Below are positions 1 to 7,493 of a stretch of 60,692 bases of DNA, in pieces (the first letter of the stretch is position 1; every line of letters begins with the position of its first letter). The notes under the pieces are model-generated. The model ran no database searches. It was not told where the DNA came from and saw nothing but the letters and a program-made list of their open reading frames with translations. This DNA is from Bacteroidota bacterium (GTDB lineage: Bacteria > Bacteroidota > Bacteroidia > Bacteroidales > JAADGE01): contig JAYEIA010000199.1 in NCBI GenBank assembly GCA_034659855.1, positions 1 through 60,692 on the forward strand, in the 5' to 3' direction. Both the position numbers and the translations under genes were made by a program.

Positions 1-27
1 AGAGTGTATTTGTTGAATAGCAAGGTA

Positions 28-135
28 TTGTATCATTATACCATTATACCGTTGTATCATTATACCATTGTATCATTATATCATTATACCATTATATCAT
101 TGTATCATTATACCATTGTATCATTATATCATTTA
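28..135. repeat. Tandem repeat, about 4.5 copies of a 24-nt unit (TTGTATCATTATACCATTGTATCA, 12-nt sub-period), directly downstream of the malQ stop
   Basis: Units start at 28, 52, 76, 100 and 124 (the last is degenerate). This explains the repetitive LYHYTI.. ORF 4..213, which is therefore not coding. It shares the strings CATTATACCATT and GTATCATTA with the dispersed repeat at 1821 and 52984. Confidence 0.85.
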
Positions 136-148
136 ATAATTAAACCAT

Positions 149-1627
149 TTAAAGTATATTACGCCCGTATATTTCAGACAGCCTCAACAGAAAATCCTTA
201 TGTGCTTGAGTAAAACTGCCCTCAGCCATACGCCATTCCCAATTACCCGAAATTATTCCCGGGGTATTCATCCGGTGTTTTGTACTCAGCCCCAATAAAT
301 CTTGCATTTGAATAATCGCAGTATTCGCTGCAGAGGCATAGGCTGTTTTAATAAAACTTTGACTGATACTGTCAAGTTTGGCTCCGGTGTAGTTTTTGAA
401 ATAATTTTGTTCTTTGGCCATTGCTTCAGTAAACCAGCCGATATTTGTGTCGTTATCATGAGTACCGGTATATACTATGCAATTTTTGTCATAATTGTGT
501 GGTAAAAATTGATTTGAGGCGTCACTGTCAAAAGCAAATTGCAGAATTTTCATGCCGGGAAGTCGGTATTTATCTCTGAGCCTGATAACATCATCGGTAA
601 GTACACCCAAATCTTCGGCAATGATTTCGGCATGGGGTACCTCAGAGTAAATTTTATTCAATAAGCGGTCACCGGGGCCGGATAGCCATTCTCCCTCTTC
701 GGCCGTCTTGTTGCCTTCCGGTACTGCCCAAAACTCAGAAAACCCTCTGAAATGGTCTATTCTCAGGATATCAAAAAGTTTGAAATTCATTTTTACACGC
801 TCTGTCCACCACCAAAACCCGGATTTTTCAATAGCTTCCCAGTCATACACAGGGTTTCCCCAGAGTTGACCGGTTTGGCTGAAGTAATCCGGAGGGACAC
901 CCGCCACTCGGGTCGGTTTACGATTGTTATCCAGCATGAACTGCTCCGGAAAGGCCCAAACATCTACACTGTCTTCTGCTACATAAAGCGGAATATCTCC
1001 TACTATTCGCAGCCCTTTAGAATTAGCATAAGTTTTCAATTCATTCCATTGTTCAAAAAAGAAATATTGAGTGGCTTTGCAAATTTCTATCTCTTCTTGC
1101 AACTCCGTGCCGTACTCCCTCAGAGCAGACTCTTCTCTCAGCCTGATGTCATCGGGGAAGGTATTGAAGGCTTCAAAGTCAAATTTTTCTTTTAATGCAT
1201 GAAAGAGTGCATAGTCATTGAGCCAGAATCGATTATTAAATTTAAAATCCAAGTAGTTTTTATTGTTAAATTCATTGCTGATAAATGCTTTGGCATATTT
1301 TTTTAAGTAAGGGACTTTTATTTTTTTTAATTCTTCATAATCAATACTATCCTTGTTTAAACCTTTAAACTTCGGGGAGTTATAAACGTTTTTGTCAAAG
1401 CAGCTGAGGTCAATAAATAACGGATTGCCGGCAAAAGCCGACCATGAGGCATAAGGCGAATTGGCAAAGCCTGTAGGGCCAAGAGGCAAAATCTGCCAAA
1501 GCCTTTGTCCGGCTTCTGTTAACTGATCGACCCAATGCCGAGCCGTTTTTCCCATGGTTCCGATTCCGTCCGGCCCGGGTAGTGAGCTGAGGTGCATTAA
1601 AATGCCGCCGGTTCTTTCTGTGAGCAT
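149..1627 (-). CDS. malQ: 4-alpha-glucanotransferase (amylomaltase, GH77)
   Basis: 492-aa ORF. The N-terminus GILMHLSSLPGP.GIG, the string NSPYASWSAFAGNPLFID and the RIDHFRGF catalytic-region motif are typical of MalQ. Confidence 0.92.
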   Translation of the reverse strand: MLTERTGGILMHLSSLPGPDGIGTMGKTARHWVDQLTEAGQRLWQILPLGPTGFANSPYASWSAFAGNPLFIDLSCFDKNVYNSPKFKGLNKDSIDYEELKKIKVPYLKKYAKAFISNEFNNKNYLDFKFNNRFWLNDYALFHALKEKFDFEAFNTFPDDIRLREESALREYGTELQEEIEICKATQYFFFEQWNELKTYANSKGLRIVGDIPLYVAEDSVDVWAFPEQFMLDNNRKPTRVAGVPPDYFSQTGQLWGNPVYDWEAIEKSGFWWWTERVKMNFKLFDILRIDHFRGFSEFWAVPEGNKTAEEGEWLSGPGDRLLNKIYSEVPHAEIIAEDLGVLTDDVIRLRDKYRLPGMKILQFAFDSDASNQFLPHNYDKNCIVYTGTHDNDTNIGWFTEAMAKEQNYFKNYTGAKLDSISQSFIKTAYASAANTAIIQMQDLLGLSTKHRMNTPGIISGNWEWRMAEGSFTQAHKDFLLRLSEIYGRNIL

Positions 1628-1643
1628 GTGTGTTGTTTTTTTA

Positions 1644-1651
1644 CAAAGATA
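1644..1651 (-). promoter_or_regulatory. Bacteroidota-type -7 promoter box (TATCTTTG) for malQ
   Basis: The minus strand reads TATCTTTG, matching the TAnnTTTG consensus, 17 nt upstream of the malQ ATG. Confidence 0.45.
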
Positions 1652-1820
1652 ATAAAAGTTGCAAAAGACAGAAGTGAAAACTGACGTGAAACATGTTTGG
1701 CTTGTTTTTGCAGATATATTTTTATTTAAGAAATAAAATAAGTATTTTGGAATCTGTATTTATGATAATTTTAGTTACAAAACGTTATTTTTTAAAAAGA
1801 TTGAAGCAACTATTTGATAT

Positions 1821-1926
1821 ATAAGTAGTAATGCATAAATTTTTCTGTATTTTAATATTGTTATATTGCTGATAATCAGTTGAATTATTGCACCATTATA
1901 CCATTAAATAATTGTATGATTACTTA
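1821..1926 (+). repeat. 106-bp dispersed intergenic repeat, copy A (partner at 52984..53089)
   Basis: My manual alignment to 52984..53089 gives 9 mismatches and no indels. Both copies are in the same orientation and lie in divergent promoter regions. Confidence 0.85.
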
Positions 1927-2010
1927 GAGTGGATTTTATGAAACCCGGAAAGAAATACTATTCTATCATGACAAGCGTTGAATACCTATAAACCTAAACG
2001 TATTATTCGG

Positions 2011-4443
2011 ATGAAAAGCAAACCGACATACAATGAACTGCTAAAAGAAAATGAGAGCCTCAGGATGCGAATGATTCAGGCGGAAACGGAGGATAAGTTT
2101 AATTCATTTTTTGAGAGCAATAAGGCGATCATGCTGCAAATTCACACCAAAACCAAACAAATCCTCAAAGTCAATCAAGCGGCTCTGAATTTTTACGGTT
2201 ATACCGAAAATGAGATATTACAGCTAAAAATAAGTGAAATAAACACACTTTCGCCTCAGGAGATTGAGGAGAAAATGAGAAAAGCGGTTAAAAATAAATC
2301 TTCGCTTTTGGAGTTCAAACAAAGATTAAAAAACGGTTCAATTAAGAACGTTAAAGTTTATTCTGTCAGTATGACTTTGGGAAACGACTCATTAATGGTT
2401 ATAACGGTTTTTGATAATACAGAACACAAGAAAATTGAAAAAGATTTAAAAACTAAAGAGAATTACTTAACTGCTCTAAATTTAGCATCAGATACACTGT
2501 CAGTGGATGAAAAAAGCTTTCCTGTTCAGAGATTTACCAAAATTTTGGGTGAAGTTGCCGAAGCATCTCGAACTTACGTCTTTAAAAATCATAAGTCGGA
2601 ATACGGAGAATTGTTGATGAGTCAGATTGCAGAATATACGTCCCCGCATATTAAACCGGAAATTGATAATCCGGGGCTTCAAAATTTGTCATACAGCGAG
2701 TGGCTACCCCGTTGGCATGAATTACTGAGCAACGGAGAAATTATAAACGGAAGAATTGCAGATTTTCCGGCTTCGGAGAGACGTATTCTTGACCCTCAGG
2801 GAATAAAAGCAGTATTGATTATACCGATTAGGATTGGAAAGGAATTTTGGGGTTTTATAGGTTTTGATAATTGTGCTAATGAAGATAATTGGCAAAATAC
2901 GGAAATAGAATACTTAAAAGCCGGAGCCGAAAAAATTTCAATAAAAATAAAAAGCGACAGAAAGCAGAAAGGGCTTGAAAATGAAAATAAACGATTTCAA
3001 TTAACTATGGATAGTATGGATTCCTCCATTTATGTTGCCGATATGCAGAATTATGAGTTGCTGTTTATGAATAAATATCTGAAAAACTTGGTAGGTGATA
3101 ATGTGGGAAAGAAATGTTATCAGATTTTACAAGGAGAAGATAAACCTTGCTCGTTTTGCTCAAGCCATTTATTAATTGATGAAAACGGAGTGCCGAAAGA
3201 CACCTATTCCTGGGAATTTCAAAATTCAATTACCAAGCGCTGGTATTTGTTAAGAGACAAAGCCATTGTCTGGGATGACAATATACAGGCTCGATTGGAA
3301 ATTGCTACAGATATAACCGAACGTAAAGAAGCTGAGGAGGCCCTCATACAAAGTGAAGAAAATTTTAAGTTGCTTTTTGAGAAATCCCCCTTAGGGATTT
3401 TCACTGCAACAACAGAAGGTCAAATTCTGCAAATAAATCAAAAGGCCTTGGATATGTTGGATTCTCCTTCAGTAGAACACACCAAAAAAATAAATTTGTT
3501 GCAATTTTCTCCATTGGTTCAAAATGGCTATTCAAAAAAATTTAAAGAATGTATAAAAACAAAGGAGGTTGTTGAATTGTCCATGATGTATAAATCAAAG
3601 GGGGGAAAAGAACTATTCTTGAGTCTGTTTCTGGTTCCGCTTTTGCTTGACAACGGAGAAGTTGGAAAGGTATATTCCATAATTCTGGATATTTCAGTGC
3701 AAAAGCAAGTAGAACAAGACTTAATAGAAAGTAATGCAACCAAAGATAAATTCTTTTCAATTATTGCTCATGATTTAAGAAGTCCTTTTAATTCGATGTT
3801 GGGCTTTTCAAAATTGCTAAATGAAAATTTTAACAAATACAGCAATGATGAAAAAAAGAAGTATATTCAATATATTCATAACGGCCAGACCAATGCTTAT
3901 AAATTGCTTCAAAATTTACTTTTATGGTCTCGGACTCAAAGAGATACCATTACGTTTAAGCCGGAATCACTGAATTTATTGCTTTTAATAGAGAATATTA
4001 ATAATTTGTTCTTGCAAACTGCTGAAAATAAGCAAATACAGTTAAAGAATAATGTCTCAGATAATATTTATGTTTATTCAGATTTAGATATGGTTTCAAC
4101 CATTATCCGAAATTTAATATCAAATGCCGTAAAATTTACCCCCAAAGGAGGAAATATTTCTGTTACCGCAGATATAATTAATGAGAAAGGTCAAGTTAAA
4201 GTATGTATCACCGATACCGGTGTCGGGATTTCAAGAAACATTCAGAACAAACTGTTTGACATCAGTGAAAATACCTGTTCTGTGGGTACCGACGGAGAGT
4301 CCGGAAGCGGATTGGGTTTAATTTTGTGCAAAGAATTTGTCGAAAAAAACGGCGGAAAAATTTGGGTTAAAAGTGAAGTTAATAAGGGGACAGCATTTTG
4401 TTTTACAATGCTTTTAGTTGTTGATAGTGATGTTGAACGGTAA
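2011..4443 (+). CDS. Multi-sensor PAS-GAF-PAS-PAS histidine kinase
   Basis: H-box FFSIIAHDLRSPF, N-box ISNAVKFT, G1 DTGVGI and G2 GSGLGL are present, with several PAS-like segments and a GAF-like segment upstream. The ORF track starts at TTG 1978. The first ATG (MKSKPTYNELL) is at 2011. Confidence 0.85.
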   Translation: MKSKPTYNELLKENESLRMRMIQAETEDKFNSFFESNKAIMLQIHTKTKQILKVNQAALNFYGYTENEILQLKISEINTLSPQEIEEKMRKAVKNKSSLLEFKQRLKNGSIKNVKVYSVSMTLGNDSLMVITVFDNTEHKKIEKDLKTKENYLTALNLASDTLSVDEKSFPVQRFTKILGEVAEASRTYVFKNHKSEYGELLMSQIAEYTSPHIKPEIDNPGLQNLSYSEWLPRWHELLSNGEIINGRIADFPASERRILDPQGIKAVLIIPIRIGKEFWGFIGFDNCANEDNWQNTEIEYLKAGAEKISIKIKSDRKQKGLENENKRFQLTMDSMDSSIYVADMQNYELLFMNKYLKNLVGDNVGKKCYQILQGEDKPCSFCSSHLLIDENGVPKDTYSWEFQNSITKRWYLLRDKAIVWDDNIQARLEIATDITERKEAEEALIQSEENFKLLFEKSPLGIFTATTEGQILQINQKALDMLDSPSVEHTKKINLLQFSPLVQNGYSKKFKECIKTKEVVELSMMYKSKGGKELFLSLFLVPLLLDNGEVGKVYSIILDISVQKQVEQDLIESNATKDKFFSIIAHDLRSPFNSMLGFSKLLNENFNKYSNDEKKKYIQYIHNGQTNAYKLLQNLLLWSRTQRDTITFKPESLNLLLLIENINNLFLQTAENKQIQLKNNVSDNIYVYSDLDMVSTIIRNLISNAVKFTPKGGNISVTADIINEKGQVKVCITDTGVGISRNIQNKLFDISENTCSVGTDGESGSGLGLILCKEFVEKNGGKIWVKSEVNKGTAFCFTMLLVVDSDVER

Positions 4444-4589
4444 TTGAAACGGCAACTTTTACCTTTTTTTCCGGATTAAATCTCCACTCATAAAATTTGT
4501 ATACGCTTCAGATAAATCAGGTTACAAAAAACCGTCCGGATTCAGTATAGTTTGGAAAAGTTGTTACCTTAGCCTAAAAATAGACTGCC

Positions 4590-6578
4590 ATGAGCTTCAA
4601 AATACCACTAACTCAGAATGATTCTTATTTAAAGCCGTTTGAAGAAGCGATTAGTAAGCGAATAGAGCGTGTTTCTGCCGTTGAAAAATCATTGACAGGG
4701 CCAATGAGTTTATCAGAATTTGCCACAGGCTATTTGCATTTTGGATTGCATTACAAGGGCGAGGTTTTAGTATATAATGATTGGTTGCCGGCTTCAGATG
4801 AAGTCTGGCTTGTTGGAGACTTCTCCGGCTGGGAAAGACAACCGGAATATAAACTCAAGCCGACTCAAAACGGTGAATTTTCATTACGATTGCCCAAAAA
4901 CAGCCTTAAGCACAAAGACTTGTATCGTCTTGTCATCAGAAAGGACGACAATTACTATGATCGAATCCCGGCCTATGCTCGCAGAGTAGTAAGAGATAAT
5001 CAAACCGGTATATTTAATGCCCAAGTTTGGCTGCCGGAATCACCTTATATATTTAGGCATGAATTACCGAAAAATTCAGAAGCTCCTTTCATTTATGAGG
5101 CACATATAGGAATGGCTTCCGAAGAAGGAAAAGTGAGCAATTTTACAGAATTTAAAGACAATGTCCTGCCTCGTATTTCACATGCAGGCTACAATACAAT
5201 ACAACTAATGGCCGTTCAGGAACACCCGTATTACGGCTCATTCGGGTATCATGTTTCAAGCTATTTTGCAGTCACTCATCTATTCGGAACCCCCGAAGAG
5301 TTGAAGGCCTTAATTGATGAAGCTCACAAGCTTGGTATCCGAGTAATCATGGATATTGTGCATTCTCATTCTGTAAAAAATGAGGTGGAAGGCCTCAGCA
5401 AGTACGACGGAACCGAATATCAGTATTTTCATAAAGGGGAACGCGGAATGCACCCGGCTTGGGATTCTCGTTGTTTCGACTACGGAAAACATGACGTATT
5501 ACACTTTTTATTGTCCAATTGCAAGTTTTGGCTCGAAGAGTATAATTTCGACGGTTTTCGCTTCGACGGAGTTACCAGTATGCTCTACCTCGATCATGGA
5601 TTGGGAACCGACTTTATGGGGTATGAACAATACTATGATAATAACAGAGACGAAGACGCCATTGTATATTTGAATTTGGCCAATAAATTGATTCATGAAC
5701 TAAAACCGCAAGCCATCAGTATAGCCGAAGAAATGAGCGGAATGCCCGGGTTGGCAAGCCCGTTGGCCGACGGAGGATATGGTTTCGACTACCGCTTGGC
5801 TATGGGAATACCTGATTTTTGGGTTAAAGTAATAAAAGAACAAAAAGACGAAGACTGGCATGTGGGTAATATGTTTCACCGCTTAACCGACAAACGCAAC
5901 GACGAGCAGGTTATAAGCTATGCCGAATCGCATGATCAGGCTTTAGTAGGCGATAAAACCATCATTTTTAGGTTGGCCGATGCCGATATGTACGAGCACA
6001 TGCATATAAACAAATTAAACCTCAATATTGAACGGTCCCTGGCGCTCCATATGATTATACGTCTCTTTACAGCTTCATTGGCCGAAGGGGGATACCTAAA
6101 TTTTATGGGCAATGAATTTGGACATCCCGAATGGATAGATTTTCCGAGAGATGGAAATAATTGGTCGTATCATTATGCACGCAGGCAATGGAGTTTGGCC
6201 GATAATCAAGACTTGGTTTATCGCTTTTTATCTGATTTTGATAAGCGAATGGTTGATTTTTTGAGAAGCCGGAATATTCTTCAAGCCAAAACAGCAACAG
6301 CTCTTGTTCAAGATAATTATAAGCAGGTTTTGGCCTATGAGCGGAACCAATTTATTTTTATAATAAACTTCAACCCCTTTGAGAGTTTTACTGATTATGA
6401 AATTCCTGCCTCCAAAGGCAAATATCGAATAATATTAAACACCGACAGTGCTGAGTTCATGGGGCACAATCGTATTGATGACAGTATGCTGTACGAATCT
6501 GCGGAAGCCGGAGGGCATCCATTCCTCAAACTGTATTTGCCTACCAGAACCGCTGTTATTATAGAAAAAGACGATTGA
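4590..6578 (+). CDS. glgB: 1,4-alpha-glucan branching enzyme (GH13, eukaryote-like subtype)
   Basis: GH13 regions GFRFDGVTSM, IAEEMSG and YAESHDQ are present. NFMGNEFGHPEWIDFPR is typical of the GBE1-like branching enzymes common in Bacteroidota. Confidence 0.9.
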   Translation: MSFKIPLTQNDSYLKPFEEAISKRIERVSAVEKSLTGPMSLSEFATGYLHFGLHYKGEVLVYNDWLPASDEVWLVGDFSGWERQPEYKLKPTQNGEFSLRLPKNSLKHKDLYRLVIRKDDNYYDRIPAYARRVVRDNQTGIFNAQVWLPESPYIFRHELPKNSEAPFIYEAHIGMASEEGKVSNFTEFKDNVLPRISHAGYNTIQLMAVQEHPYYGSFGYHVSSYFAVTHLFGTPEELKALIDEAHKLGIRVIMDIVHSHSVKNEVEGLSKYDGTEYQYFHKGERGMHPAWDSRCFDYGKHDVLHFLLSNCKFWLEEYNFDGFRFDGVTSMLYLDHGLGTDFMGYEQYYDNNRDEDAIVYLNLANKLIHELKPQAISIAEEMSGMPGLASPLADGGYGFDYRLAMGIPDFWVKVIKEQKDEDWHVGNMFHRLTDKRNDEQVISYAESHDQALVGDKTIIFRLADADMYEHMHINKLNLNIERSLALHMIIRLFTASLAEGGYLNFMGNEFGHPEWIDFPRDGNNWSYHYARRQWSLADNQDLVYRFLSDFDKRMVDFLRSRNILQAKTATALVQDNYKQVLAYERNQFIFIINFNPFESFTDYEIPASKGKYRIILNTDSAEFMGHNRIDDSMLYESAEAGGHPFLKLYLPTRTAVIIEKDD

Positions 6579-6616
6579 AACTACTGAAAACAAAAAACTT
6601 GGACTTAATTCTAATC

Positions 6617-6839
6617 TCAGACTTCGTCTGTTTTAATATAAAAAAATGGACATTGTGTATAATTGTAAGTGCCTGAATGCCTGATAAAACAAATTCACAG
6701 CTATTGCTATCTATTTTACTATCAGGCGTTTGGGTTCTCTCCAAATAATGCCTGTGCCTAATTATATCGCAAAATCATATAGCAACCTTTATATTAAAGG
6801 AGTTCAGCTATTTAAAATATTAAAACAGACGAAGTCTGA
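6617..6839. repeat. MITE-like element bounded by perfect 23-nt terminal inverted repeats (TCAGACTTCGTCTGTTTTAATAT)
   Basis: The left arm 6617..6639 is the exact reverse complement of the right arm 6817..6839. ATC flanks both ends. There is an internal hairpin GCCTGATAAAA...TTTTACTATCAGGC. The same end sequence recurs at 59456 and 59749. Confidence 0.6.
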
Positions 6840-6876
6840 ATCTGATAAAAATCTTTCAAGATTGCCTATTTTTTGC

Positions 6877-6884
6877 TAATTTTG
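6877..6884 (+). promoter_or_regulatory. -7 promoter box (TAATTTTG) for the nitroreductase gene
   Basis: Matches TAnnTTTG, 22 nt upstream of ATG 6906. Confidence 0.45.
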
Positions 6885-6905
6885 TAAAAGATAATAGAAT
6901 TGCTT

Positions 6906-7493
6906 ATGGAATTTTCTAAATTGGTTGAAAGGCGTCAATCCGACAGAGCATATTACAAGAAGCCTGTTGAAGAAAACAAAATTATTCAATGTATAGAAGC
7001 GGTTCGTCTTGCCCCTTCGGCCTGTAATTCACAACCGTGGACATTTATTGTGGTGGATGACGAGGAACTGAAAAATAAAATTGCTGATTCCATGTCGAAC
7101 AGGGTGTTGCCTCTGAACCATTTTACAAAACAAGCCCCTGTACATGTGGTGGTTGTTAATGAAGGCTCTAACTTGACGGCTTCCCTCGGAAACAAAGTCA
7201 AGGACAAAGATTACAGTAAAATAGATGTGGGAATTGCCGCAGAGCACTTCTGTTTGCAAGCTGCCGATTTAGGCCTCGGAACATGTATGATAGGGTGGTT
7301 TAATGAACAAAAAATAAAAAACCTGTTGCATGTTCCCGCCAAAAAACGAATAGAGTTAGTTATAACCATAGGCTATTCCGACGATGAACTAAGAGCAAAG
7401 AAGCGAAAAAGCATAGAGCGAATTACAGCAAGAAACTCATATGGAAATAAGATTTCATATTTAAACGAATTGTATAAAAAAATCAAGATATGA
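6906..7493 (+). CDS. Nitroreductase family protein
   Basis: RRQSDRAY and APSACNSQPWTFIVV are typical nitroreductase N-terminal motifs. The first ATG is at 6906 (the ORF track uses TTG 6900). Confidence 0.8.
   Translation: MEFSKLVERRQSDRAYYKKPVEENKIIQCIEAVRLAPSACNSQPWTFIVVDDEELKNKIADSMSNRVLPLNHFTKQAPVHVVVVNEGSNLTASLGNKVKDKDYSKIDVGIAAEHFCLQAADLGLGTCMIGWFNEQKIKNLLHVPAKKRIELVITIGYSDDELRAKKRKSIERITARNSYGNKISYLNELYKKIKI

Noticed and set aside
28-135. Possible CRISPR array (also considered for 50224..50397)
   Set aside because: The 24-nt units are contiguous with no spacers. The hairpins at 50224 all differ in sequence. No cas genes are present in the window.
4-213. 69-aa ORF with repeated LYHYTI(I/V)(S/P) peptide
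   Set aside because: It is the translation of the 24-nt tandem DNA repeat downstream of malQ. It also overlaps the malQ 3' end. There is no coding signal beyond the repeat.
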